IMG/VR virus record: IMGVR_UViG_3300042197_002404
Location: 1,690 to 65,689 of that record
DNA from: a virus
Lineage: Duplodnaviria > Caudoviricetes
Reading direction: 5' to 3' (one strand)
DNA: 64,000 nucleotides
The notes beneath the pieces were generated by a model. It saw nothing but the letters and a program-made list of their open reading frames with translations, was not told where the DNA came from and did not search any database. Of the stretch, positions 1-8,914 are shown one piece after another (positions within the stretch are counted from its first letter, which is position 1; every line of letters begins with the position of its first letter). A program made the translations under genes and the position numbers.

Positions 1-1
1 T

Positions 2-1831
2 ACCCTGACTACAAGCCGCTCCAGATCCAGAGTTTTCCTGTGCCGACAATAATGCGAAAGGTTGATTTGTTGCCCCAGTACCAGCTCCACCACCACCAGG
101 AGATCCAAAAACATATGGTGGAGCTGGAGAGTTAACACCGCCACCAGCACCACCAGAAAAATAATATCCTCCGGTGATTACTGGTTGAGATGGGTGTCCA
201 GCAAATCCAATTGAAGCACTTGGATTTTGGAAAGTTGATGGAACTGCCTTTGCATATCCACCTCTACCACCTGTTCCAGAAGATCCAGCAACACCTGCAT
301 CAGTAGCACCGCCGCCGCCACCACCGGCATTTCCTGGATTACCAACATCCGCTCCATTTCCTCCAGGATTTCCTTCTGATGGTGTATATCCTCCAGAGTT
401 TCCTGTTCCACCAGTTCCAGACCCTGCTTGTGCTCCTCCACCACCACCAGATCCACCTGGTTGTCCATTTCTTCCACTCCAGTTTCCAGAACCACCACCA
501 GTAGAGGAAATGGGTCCAAATGATGATGTTCCTCCGTTTCCATCTGCACCACCACGTCCACCAGCACCAACAGTAACGGCATTTGGTCCTGGAGATATGG
601 TTAAACCAGTTCCTGTTCTAAATCCACCAGCACCTCCACCACCAAATCCAGCACCTCCTCCACCACCAATAACAACATATTCTACAGATAAAGGTGATCC
701 TGTTGTATTATCAAATGTTCCTGTGCTCGTAAAGGTATGAATGGTCTTACCGCCATAATAACTGATAGCACCACCAGTTGCTTTTGCGGTTGCTGTGAGT
801 TGTCCGATTTGATATCTGACTACTACGATACCGGAACCACCGTTGCCACCAGGATCACCTGATCCAGCAGCTCCACCGCCTCCACCACCAGTGGAATAAG
901 TCCCAGGTACACCATTTGTTGCTCCAGATCCTCCTCCTGCACCACCTCCACCTGGTCCACCAGTTCCACCAGGATTAGGTCCGTCTTTTCCTCCTCCACC
1001 TCCACCAGCATACGTTACTGGATTTGCTGGTCCAAATGCATAAACATTCGGAAATCCATCACCACCATTACCAGCTGGTGATGGATTTCCTGCTATTGGT
1101 GAATTAGAACCTGCACCACCAGCACCACCACCTCCACCACCACCAGAAGAAATCAACGCATTATGATATCCATTTCCGCCAGGATTTCCTTGTGGTGGTG
1201 TTCTCGGAGGACTATTTCCTCCTGCACCTGGATTACTTCCATTAGCGGGTCCTCTACCACCACCTCCACCAGAACCACCAGATCCAGCTCTTAAAGTTGT
1301 ATCACTAGATGAAGAAGCACCTCCTCCACCACCCGTTGAAGTAATTTTAGTAGAATTTTCTATACCTGCTGGATTAAATACCGAATCAACGCCATTACCA
1401 CCTGCGGTTGTATTACCAGCAATTGCAGCGGCACCACCTGCACCAATAACTATACTATATGAAGAAGCACTGATTGGAATATTGGTGCTTGATCTAAATC
1501 CACCGGCACCGCCGCCGCCAGCACCACCACCCGATCCCGGGTTTCCTGATCCACCTCCACCTCCTCCAGCAACAACAAGATAATCAACAGCGGCAGGATA
1601 ATCACCTAATGCACTTACAGTAAAAGTACCTGATGAAGTAAAGATGTGTGCTCTATAAACAGATGAACCATCAGTATAATCACTAATGACACCACCAGTT
1701 GCAGTAAGTCCTGTTAGTGTCACCGGTGCTGCTGCGCCGCCACCACGAACAAAAGTATTACGGAAGTACTCTAGTAAGTGCCCGTCGCTTCGGTTATTTT
1801 GTGCTGTTATCTTCGAACTTCTTGCACCCAT
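2..1831 (-). CDS. Glycine-rich adhesin-like virion protein, two Gly-rich domains (3' end runs off window)
   Basis: Read manually (not in ORF track): MGARSSKITAQNNRSDGHLLEYFRNTF...GLTATGGVISDYTDGSSVYRAHIFTSSGT...; paralog of 9244..11367 and 12041..14104. Confidence 0.85.
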   Translation of the reverse strand, partial: MGARSSKITAQNNRSDGHLLEYFRNTFVRGGGAAAPVTLTGLTATGGVISDYTDGSSVYRAHIFTSSGTFTVSALGDYPAAVDYLVVAGGGGGGSGNPGSGGGAGGGGAGGFRSSTNIPISASSYSIVIGAGGAAAIAGNTTAGGNGVDSVFNPAGIENSTKITSTGGGGGASSSSDTTLRAGSGGSGGGGGRGPANGSNPGAGGNSPPRTPPQGNPGGNGYHNALISSGGGGGGGAGGAGSNSPIAGNPSPAGNGGDGFPNVYAFGPANPVTYAGGGGGGKDGPNPGGTGGPGGGGAGGGSGATNGVPGTYSTGGGGGGAAGSGDPGGNGGSGIVVVRYQIGQLTATAKATGGAISYYGGKTIHTFTSTGTFDNTTGSPLSVEYVVIGGGGGAGFGGGGAGGFRTGTGLTISPGPNAVTVGAGGRGGADGNGGTSSFGPISSTGGGSGNWSGRNGQPGGSGGGGGAQAGSGTGGTGNSGGYTPSEGNPGGNGADVGNPGNAGGGGGGATDAGVAGSSGTGGRGGYAKAVPSTFQNPSASIGFAGHPSQPVITGGYYFSGGAGGGVNSPAPPYVFGSPGGGGAGTGATNQPFALLSAQENSGSGAACSQG

Positions 1832-1842
1832 TTCTACTTACC

Positions 1843-2250
1843 TCAGATATCAGTATCACCAAGGATTTGATAGTTTACGACACTACCAATACCGGCACCT
1901 CCAACTGTTGCTGATGGTTGCGTAACTTCTACAACAATTTTTTCTTGGTTAACCAGAACTAATGGATAGTTCATCTCAAAGAAGAAAGTTTCGTTTGCTG
2001 CTAGGTCAACTCTTGCTAATCTATATGCCGTCTGTGCTGCACCAGAAACCGCAACGCTACTTGGATAAACATAAAGTGATGAAGTACAAGTCGCAAGTCC
2101 AGTATTGTGCATCACCACACCACGAAGATAAGTGGTTGATGCAATACCAACACCACCAGCAGTTGCAGTAGTACCAACCGTCAAGATGCCTACGGTATTG
2201 ATACCAGTAACTGCTTGAATCCCTAATAGTTTAGTTCTTTGAAGTGCCAT
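1843..2250 (-). CDS. ~120-135 aa fibre cap/adaptor protein, MALxR family
   Basis: MALQRTKL...ETFFFEMNYPLVL...ILGDTDI; paralog of 8551..8889 and 14106..14468. Confidence 0.75.
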   Translation of the reverse strand: MALQRTKLLGIQAVTGINTVGILTVGTTATAGGVGIASTTYLRGVVMHNTGLATCTSSLYVYPSSVAVSGAAQTAYRLARVDLAANETFFFEMNYPLVLVNQEKIVVEVTQPSATVGGAGIGSVVNYQILGDTDI

Positions 2251-2272
2251 CGGTATATGCTTTTCTAGTTAT

Positions 2273-2920
2273 TTAGTTAAACAAAGCTGCATCAAGTTCG
2301 TTGAAACCTGCAGGGATATTGAGATTGGTAAGTGCAGAACCATCAAGTGCCGGTAATGCCCCACTTAAATTTGATGAAGGGACTGTTCCACTAAAACTTG
2401 TAGCAGTTACAACACCAGTTACATTTACTCCATTTGGAAATGTTGGTGCTCCTGTTCCTGCTTTGTTTGTAAAGTTATCAGCACGAACTCTACCACCATT
2501 TCCTGGAAGAACTGTAATTCCATCAGTTCCAATACCAAGAATATCAGGTACTAAGTCATCTCCATCAGCGATGATTAAGTCTGCACCTTCATCAACTGCA
2601 ATATCAACATACTGGGTATAGGCAACATTTGATGTTGATGGTGGATCAACTGTAACGGTTCCACCAATACCTAATACTGTATTGGTGTAATATATCTGCT
2701 CTCCACCATAAAGAGAACCTGCCTCTACTGCAGTTCCTAAACCTGCAGAGGTAATACCATCAAGATTTGAACCATCACCATAGAATGCAGTAGCACTTAC
2801 AATACCAACAACATCTAACTTTGCATCTGGTGTTGTACTGCCAATACCAACATTAAAGTTAGTATCAGCAGTAATGATATTTTGATTACCTAATCTTGCT
2901 AGGTTTCTTGCTCTTGTCAT
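2273..2920 (-). CDS. Short tail-fibre protein (junction domain fused to fibre start motif)
   Basis: NVGIGST..LDVVGIVSATAFYGDGSNL fibre repeats; internal RVRADNFTNKAGTGAPTFPNG; C-terminal ELDAALFN. Confidence 0.75.
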   Translation of the reverse strand: MTRARNLARLGNQNIITADTNFNVGIGSTTPDAKLDVVGIVSATAFYGDGSNLDGITSAGLGTAVEAGSLYGGEQIYYTNTVLGIGGTVTVDPPSTSNVAYTQYVDIAVDEGADLIIADGDDLVPDILGIGTDGITVLPGNGGRVRADNFTNKAGTGAPTFPNGVNVTGVVTATSFSGTVPSSNLSGALPALDGSALTNLNIPAGFNELDAALFN

Positions 2921-2960
2921 TTTATGACTTTCTAGTTATTTATATTATCTGTTAAATCTC

Positions 2961-3905
2961 TTAACCATATTTTTGATATCTAACAAATACACCTCCTGGT
3001 GTTCCCGGGCCATTATAGTCTGCTGGACCTGTTCCCCCACTACTGCCATGACCAGTTCCAGCAACTCTATTAGCATCTCCAACTATTGCTAACGGATAAG
3101 CCTGACTATTTCCATTTTCTCCAGCACCACCATATCCCCAATATCCAGGCATCGTTGGAAAAGTAGTTGAGGGAACAATAGAAGGTCCAACACCAGCACC
3201 ACCAAAATTTCCTGGAGGACCGCTTCCAGCACCAGTCGCACCACCGCCACCTCCTGCTTGATTTGGTCCAGCTCCAGCAGGTCCACCATTATATCCACCA
3301 TAATGAGTAAGTCCAACTGGTGCGTTTGGTGAAGCTGGGTTTCCTGGTCCTGGTCCACCACTTGCTCCTCCTCCAGATCCACCTTGTCCACCACCAGGAC
3401 CACCAGGTGGTCCTCCAGCACCACCTGGAGCACCGGCAGAATCTCCACCGCTTCCACCTCCACCAGCAGAATATCCATCAAAACTTGATGCTCTTGCCGG
3501 ATTTCCAGAATCTGGATATGCGGGAGTTTGGTTTCCGCAAGTAGCTGCAGAAACTGGATATGATTTTACTGTTAAAGGGTATGTTGTAGAATACTTTACA
3601 GATCCACCGCCTCCACCACCTGCCCCATCAGAACCACCACCACCAACAATCAAAACTGTCATCACACCCGGATGTGTTGCAGGAACTTGAGTTACTTGGA
3701 ATGTATATGGTGTATTTCCTGCAGCATAGTCAGTGTCAGCATTTCCACTATAAGATTTTACCATAGAATGCATTACATAAGTGACATCACCATCAACAAA
3801 CTCTGTTAATGTGCCTCCAGTTGCTAATACTGGAGGTAATTGTGCTGCCCCACCGCCGCCACCGGAACCAAATCCTAACTTTAACCCAGTAAAAATAGGT
3901 GCCAT
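2961..3905 (-). CDS. Single-domain glycine-rich adhesin-like protein
   Basis: ATGG...VLIVGGGG...GGVFVRY framework shared with the other Gly-rich proteins. Confidence 0.75.
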   Translation of the reverse strand: MAPIFTGLKLGFGSGGGGGAAQLPPVLATGGTLTEFVDGDVTYVMHSMVKSYSGNADTDYAAGNTPYTFQVTQVPATHPGVMTVLIVGGGGSDGAGGGGGGSVKYSTTYPLTVKSYPVSAATCGNQTPAYPDSGNPARASSFDGYSAGGGGSGGDSAGAPGGAGGPPGGPGGGQGGSGGGASGGPGPGNPASPNAPVGLTHYGGYNGGPAGAGPNQAGGGGGATGAGSGPPGNFGGAGVGPSIVPSTTFPTMPGYWGYGGAGENGNSQAYPLAIVGDANRVAGTGHGSSGGTGPADYNGPGTPGGVFVRYQKYG

Positions 3906-3909
3906 AATA

Positions 3910-4734
3910 TCAAACTCCTATGCTACCTTGTCTAAATCCCCCGTTCTTGGTGGCATAAACTTTATAACTTGATGCTGTTGTATTTGTGCCACCGTTATAA
4001 TGTACAAAGAACGAAACAAAATCTACATCACTTGCAGTTGTTGAAAGAGTTACTGTTGTTGCAGATCCGACAAGTGCTCTTGTAGAAATACCTGCAACTG
4101 TTGCACCATCTTCATAACCAACAACAAAGCAGTTAGTTCCAATACCTGTTGCTGCTGTAGTATTACCAGTTCCTGTTGCGTTTTGAGTGAATAGAACGGT
4201 GATTGTGCTACCGTTCTGAACACCAGTATCAGCAGGCATATTCTTGAACGAAACAATACCCACATTACCATTTGCTAAACTGTGAGTATATGTCGTTGCG
4301 TTTCTGACATCCAACTCAAGAACAACTCTACCACCACCTAAGTCATAAGTCGCACCAACTGCTACAGTTTCTACAACACCCTTGAACTTATTTGGGTCTG
4401 AATATTCAAAGCATCCAGTATCTCTTTCCCAAGTCCAAGTTTTATTCCCATCACTTCCACCGAAGACTGTAATACCTGCACCATCAGCAGTTAGATTTGA
4501 TGCTGCTGAAGTTGATGCAATACCAATATTTGCATCTTCTATAACAAGATTTACTGTGTCAATTGTAGTAGTGGTTCCATTAACAGTAAAGTTACCACTT
4601 AATGTGAGATTAGTTCCAGTAGCATTTGTCGCTAATGAGTTTGCTGTAGAAGCTGTACCAGTCAACCCATAAGGAAATGTTGGAGCTCCAGTTCCTGCCC
4701 TATCTGTAAATTGATTTGCTCTAACTCTGGACAT
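3910..4734 (-). CDS. Tail-fibre protein with C-terminal beta domain
   Basis: N-terminal MSRVRANQFTDRAGTGAPTFP motif; LVIEDANIGI..ADGAGITV fibre segment; C-terminal domain resembles the end of 25317..31181. Confidence 0.75.
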   Translation of the reverse strand: MSRVRANQFTDRAGTGAPTFPYGLTGTASTANSLATNATGTNLTLSGNFTVNGTTTTIDTVNLVIEDANIGIASTSAASNLTADGAGITVFGGSDGNKTWTWERDTGCFEYSDPNKFKGVVETVAVGATYDLGGGRVVLELDVRNATTYTHSLANGNVGIVSFKNMPADTGVQNGSTITVLFTQNATGTGNTTAATGIGTNCFVVGYEDGATVAGISTRALVGSATTVTLSTTASDVDFVSFFVHYNGGTNTTASSYKVYATKNGGFRQGSIGV

Positions 4735-4765
4735 TATTCTAGATACTTTCTAGTTATTTATTCAC

Positions 4766-4789
4766 AAAAAAACCGCCATCAAAGGCGGT
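4766..4789 (-). terminator. Rho-independent terminator closing the oxygenase island
   Basis: ACCGCC-TTTGAT-GGCGGT followed by a T run on the minus strand. Confidence 0.75.
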
Positions 4790-5336
4790 CTACTGATTGA
4801 TGCTCTGGGAGTTTAGGTAATAAATCAAAAGAGATAATTGTTCGTTGCTTTCTTGCTTGATTGGGATGAACAAAATGTAGTGTATAAGAAGGAACGATGA
4901 CTAATGTTCCCTCTTTGACATTCTGTGGATATGCAAGAGTTGTTGTATCAGTTCTTGGATCCTGCCAAGGAGCAACAAAGCACGTGGGTTGATGGATTTT
5001 GGGGTCATACTCAAGATAAAGAACTCCTGAGAATCCCCAACTCTTATGATTATGAATTGTTTGTTGGTCTCCTTGTTTATATCGTACTGCCCAACAATCA
5101 GTCATACTACAAGTTACCTGTGCTTCCTGACAGAACTCAAAGAGTTGAGGTCTGATGAGGTCTTGAAAGTAATGTAAATATGACTTCTTGTTGGTACTTC
5201 TGTCGGTCTCAAAAGTTTGGAGACTTGTGCGGATGAAGTTTTGGGCGTTTATTCTTTTGAGTAGCGACTTTTTTTTGAAGTCCCAATCGTCTATTTGGTA
5301 TTGATAAGAAGGATATTCAAAGAGTGGTGCTTTCAT
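4779..5336 (-). CDS. Putative 2OG-Fe(II) oxygenase
   Basis: W..Y..GD.Q..HNH...SGVLY...EG.LVI.PS..LH.V.P...RTIISF pattern; likely start MKAPLF overlaps the endonuclease stop (ATGA). Confidence 0.75.
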   Translation of the reverse strand: MKAPLFEYPSYQYQIDDWDFKKKSLLKRINAQNFIRTSLQTFETDRSTNKKSYLHYFQDLIRPQLFEFCQEAQVTCSMTDCWAVRYKQGDQQTIHNHKSWGFSGVLYLEYDPKIHQPTCFVAPWQDPRTDTTTLAYPQNVKEGTLVIVPSYTLHFVHPNQARKQRTIISFDLLPKLPEHQSVDRL

Positions 5337-5914
5337 TCTGGTAATCTCCAACCACGATATTCTTCTTTTTCTCCTCTCATAAGTTTATAAAAATATCCTC
5401 TTGAGAGTTTATTATCTTTACAATAATTTTGCAAGTCTCTTATTTCTATTAATTCTCCTTCTGGATTTACAAAATGAAACGTTTTAGCGTGAGAGTTTCC
5501 AATCTTTTTCTTATGTTCTTCTGTTAGTGTTCTGTTTCTTAAAGGACTTGGTTTTCCTTTTCTTGCTTTACTTACTTTTTCTCCGTGTCCTGGTGGTTTC
5601 TTTTTTCCTTTACCAGACTTACTCATTTTTTCTCTGGTTTCTTGTGACATTATAAGACCAGAGTTTCCTTCTCCACCATTACTTTTATTATAAAGAATAC
5701 CAGTTCCCAAATCTTTTCTACCAAAAACGGCAATCATATAGATTTCGTGTCTAAATGCTTCTTTTTCGGTGAGATTTGTTTTTAACTTTATTCTTCTATT
5801 TAATGGTGGTTTGCTACAAGGTCTGCCGTGAGGTTTGTTAATCCGATCTCCACTACCTTTTCCAATATAATAAGGAGTTCCGTCTTCACGCAGATATGCG
5901 TAAGTGTAATACAT
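5333..5914 (-). mobile_element. Free-standing GIY-YIG homing endonuclease with NUMOD3-like motifs
   Basis: YYTYAY...PYYIGKG..R...EAFRHE...LYNKSNGG; SQETREKMS and TEEHKKKIG repeats. Confidence 0.85.
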
Positions 5915-5940
5915 TTCTTTACTGATTTGGGTTGCAGTAT

Positions 5941-5948
5941 TATTTATA
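5941..5948 (-). promoter_or_regulatory. T4-type late promoter of the endonuclease
   Basis: TATAAATA 26 nt upstream of the ATG. Confidence 0.75.
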
Positions 5949-5949
5949 C

Positions 5950-6012
5950 TAAAAAGGAGGGACTTTCACCCTCCTCCTGAAAAGTGCAACCCAATCAGGT
6001 ATTAGTATTTAT
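5950..6012 (-). ncRNA. Candidate ~50-nt two-hairpin RNA antisense to the endonuclease leader
   Basis: ATAAATA, then CCTGA-TTGGGTTGCACTTT-TCAGG, then terminator GGAGGG-TGAAAGT-CCCTCC-TTTTT; 5985-5998 is complementary to 5922-5936. Confidence 0.55.
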
Positions 6013-6014
6013 CT

Positions 6015-6731
6015 CTACCGGGCGCGATCCATATAGCAGTGTGCCCTCTGCCCATCAGCAAGGCAGTAGTGAAAAAAGACCTGATGAAATGCTTTTGGAG
6101 TTTTTCTTCCAGAAGTTCTACATTCTTTTCTTACTTTACCTGGCATCGGTTCTCTCCAGTGCGGACGATCACACCCACGGTAAAGAATACCATCACCAGG
6201 TTGCAAGAATAACTGGCGTTTTTCTCCGGGCACTAATATCTGTGTCTTCTTTTTATCAGCATAAGTATCTGGTGTTTTAATCCAGAAACCCCATTCAGTA
6301 TCGATATTATTACTAATATGAACGCTTACAGAGATTTCACAGGCATCTCTATCGGCATGAGGGTGTAGTGCCTGCGCGTCAAAATACCATCTGTCGTAAT
6401 AATAAGTGTTGTATAGTTTACGACCAATTACTTCTTCTAGTTTTAGACGAATGCCACTATGAATTTCACGATATTGTGGATGAGAATATACAGCAAGAGA
6501 TCCTTCTACTTGCATTTCTACTGGTTGATGAGTAAATTGATCGGGTTTTTTGCCCCAGTAGTTAATCTGCCCTCGCTCTTCGGGCATAGGACGATAAAGT
6601 TCTTCAGCGGACCAAAGATCTTTTAATACAAGATAACCATTTTTATCAAACTCCTCATTACGAGTCCAAGTCGTTCCCGTATTCATCCTTTCCTGCATCA
6701 TCAGTTGCAGTTCTGTCATTTGTTCTGCCAT
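6015..6731 (-). CDS. 2OG-Fe(II) oxygenase-like protein
   Basis: L.PHADRDACEISVS...LQPGDGILYRGC..PHWR...QVFFHY. Confidence 0.75.
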   Translation of the reverse strand: MAEQMTELQLMMQERMNTGTTWTRNEEFDKNGYLVLKDLWSAEELYRPMPEERGQINYWGKKPDQFTHQPVEMQVEGSLAVYSHPQYREIHSGIRLKLEEVIGRKLYNTYYYDRWYFDAQALHPHADRDACEISVSVHISNNIDTEWGFWIKTPDTYADKKKTQILVPGEKRQLFLQPGDGILYRGCDRPHWREPMPGKVRKECRTSGRKTPKAFHQVFFHYCLADGQRAHCYMDRAR

Positions 6732-6732
6732 A

Positions 6733-7359
6733 TCAAGACCACCTCTTACCTACAACCCACGCGACTAATGAACGGCGTGTGCCTTTAGTTACTTTAAGAA
6801 CACGATGCTGTGCTCTGGAATCAAATACAATCACAGTTCCACGCTTTCTTGGAACGATATAACTATTGTTTGCTTCATCTAATATCTGTAAGTTGCCACC
6901 TTCGTATTCATCAGGGTCGCTGAGTTGCACTACTATACTAAGCTTTCTAATCAATTCACAGTTTTCATTAATAAAGTCCTGTGCAATCTCTTGACCATTA
7001 CCGCGATTGCCGACTGATACTGGTTTATAATGTGTTGCTAGACCTGCATCATTATGCCAGGAATAGAACTGTCCTTCTGTGTATTTTGTAAATTGAATAC
7101 TTTCTCCATCAATATTGCGAATATCATAGAGGAAGTTTTCACGATTTGCTCTTTCAATATAATGCCAAAGAAAACCACCAATCCAGTGTGTGGTGGGAAT
7201 CCAGGCATTTTGTGAGTTTCTTTTATCACGATTTAGGGCATCGCCGTGTAAACGGCTGTCACCCATTTGCTCATCAAAATGTTCTACTGCGTCTCTTTCT
7301 AGAATATCTACGATGTCTTCATTAATTTGGCTGTAGTACCATACAGATTGTAGTGCCAA
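6733..7359 (-). CDS. Prolyl-4-hydroxylase-like (PKHD-type) 2OG-Fe(II) oxygenase
   Basis: QFTKY..GQFYSWHND...RKLS..VQLS...YEGG.L...HRV..VTKGTRRSLVAW; TTG start with AGGAG Shine-Dalgarno. Confidence 0.85.
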   Translation of the reverse strand: MALQSVWYYSQINEDIVDILERDAVEHFDEQMGDSRLHGDALNRDKRNSQNAWIPTTHWIGGFLWHYIERANRENFLYDIRNIDGESIQFTKYTEGQFYSWHNDAGLATHYKPVSVGNRGNGQEIAQDFINENCELIRKLSIVVQLSDPDEYEGGNLQILDEANNSYIVPRKRGTVIVFDSRAQHRVLKVTKGTRRSLVAWVVGKRWS

Positions 7360-7389
7360 CTTTCAATCTCCTATTATGTGTTCAACGAT

Positions 7390-7418
7390 ATTATATATGA
7401 GTTTTTTGAGAATGTCTA
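7390..7418 (-). promoter_or_regulatory. Sigma70-like early promoter of the oxygenase island
   Basis: TAGACA-N17-TATAAT. Confidence 0.7.
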
Positions 7419-7422
7419 GTTG

Positions 7423-7489
7423 ATACTAAAAAGGAGGGATTTTCACCCTCCTTCCCGAAAAGTACCACCCATTCAGGTATTTTATTTAT
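7423..7489 (-). ncRNA. Orphan copy of the two-hairpin/terminator element
   Basis: ATAAATA..ATACCTGA-ATGGGTGGTACTTT-TCGGG-AAGGAGGGTGAAAATCCCTCCTTTTTAGTAT; same scaffold as 5950..6012, different loop. Confidence 0.55.
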
Positions 7490-8547
7490 GCAAGGTGTCT
7501 GATGATAACAATACCAGGTCCACCAGTTCCTCCACTTCCTGGAGGAGCTGGACCTGCTCCACCTCCTCCGCCGCCAGTATATATAACACCCGGTAAAGCA
7601 GGTGATGGTGATCCAGATCCACCAGATCCATTTCCACCTCTCCCTCCTCCACCTGGACCTCCAGTAGGTGAAGTGCCATCGCTCCAGTCACCAGCACCTC
7701 CACCACCACCATAAAGACCGGTTGGTCCAACAACAGGAGTAAAAGAAGGACGGTTTGGTGCTGGTAAAAGAAGTTCAACCAAAGGTGCCGCAAATGCAGG
7801 AAATGGTTGACCGTTACCGCCAGGTCCACCATTGCCACCGGGTCCAAAATTTCCAGCCCCGCCGGCACCACCGCCACCTCCCCATCCTCCGGGATCATAC
7901 CCACTACCAGAAGCACCGGTGTTTCCGTAGTTTAAAATATTTGGGTTGTGAGAGTTTTGTGAAGGTTGGATTGCGTTTGGTGGTCCAGTTCTAAAAGAAA
8001 CACCACCACCACCAGATCCACCAGGAGCCATAGATGGTCCAGGAGGAGCACCTTGTGTTTCTCCTCCACCACCACCCTTTGACAGAATATAATATGGATT
8101 TGGAGAAGATGCAAAAGAAGAATCTCCACCATTAACTCCGTGAACACCTCCTGGAAAAGGTCCAGATCCTGTCGGTCCACCAGTTCCAACAATAACTGGA
8201 TATGTTCCAGAACTCAAAGTTATATTTGGAAGAAACGATATTCCTCCTGCCCCACCACCACCAGATCCATTTCCAGCTGGCGCAAATCCGCCGCCGCCGC
8301 CGCCAGCAATAACAAGAATATCAAAAGATTTAGATCCATTCTCAATAATAAAGTTTCCGGGAGAAATGAAAGCATAATATCTATATCCGTTTCCTGGCGC
8401 TATTCCTTCAGAAATAGTTCCACCACTTGCAGAAAATAGTTGTATTCTATTAGTCCTCACACTACTATCAAGACTTAAATCCCTATCTCTAAAAGAGTTT
8501 AAAAGTTTTCCTACACTTCTTCCAAGACTTGATCTAATGGGAGCCAT
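7486..8547 (-). CDS. Single-domain glycine-rich adhesin-like protein
   Basis: SASGG...YYAFISPGNF...LVIAGGGGGG...GGPGIVIIRH. Confidence 0.8.
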   Translation of the reverse strand: MAPIRSSLGRSVGKLLNSFRDRDLSLDSSVRTNRIQLFSASGGTISEGIAPGNGYRYYAFISPGNFIIENGSKSFDILVIAGGGGGGFAPAGNGSGGGGAGGISFLPNITLSSGTYPVIVGTGGPTGSGPFPGGVHGVNGGDSSFASSPNPYYILSKGGGGGETQGAPPGPSMAPGGSGGGGVSFRTGPPNAIQPSQNSHNPNILNYGNTGASGSGYDPGGWGGGGGAGGAGNFGPGGNGGPGGNGQPFPAFAAPLVELLLPAPNRPSFTPVVGPTGLYGGGGGAGDWSDGTSPTGGPGGGGRGGNGSGGSGSPSPALPGVIYTGGGGGGAGPAPPGSGGTGGPGIVIIRHLA

Positions 8548-8550
8548 AAA

Positions 8551-8889
8551 TCAAACCTCCTTATCACCAGTAATCAAGAAGTTAACGGTAGAAGTTCCTG
8601 CACCAACCTGAATACTATCACCAGTTGTATCAATTACAAGAGGATATGATGGTTCAATTAAAACTGTTTCTCCTGCATTTACATCAACATCAAACAATCT
8701 TGTGTTGGCATTTACAGAACCACCACTTGGAATAAAGTATACCTGAGCAGTAGCAGAAGTTGCTGTGCTCGCATGAGCCATTATAGATTTTACATAAACT
8801 TTTTTAGAACTGGTCACAGTAATAATCCCTACTGTGCTTCCAGCAGAAACTACAACTATATTACTCAGTTTTCCTCTTTCCAGGGCCAT
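8551..8889 (-). CDS. Fibre cap/adaptor, MALxR family
   Basis: MALERGKL...YVKSIMAH...ETVLIEPSYP...ITGDKEV. Confidence 0.75.
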   Translation of the reverse strand: MALERGKLSNIVVVSAGSTVGIITVTSSKKVYVKSIMAHASTATSATAQVYFIPSGGSVNANTRLFDVDVNAGETVLIEPSYPLVIDTTGDSIQVGAGTSTVNFLITGDKEV

Positions 8890-8914
8890 AGCTTCTTTTT
8901 TTAGTTATTTATAA

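Noticed and set aside
5333-5914. Group I intron around the GIY-YIG genes (also 31915..32586)
   Set aside because: Flanking genes appear complete, and the intergenic space is too short for a ribozyme core.
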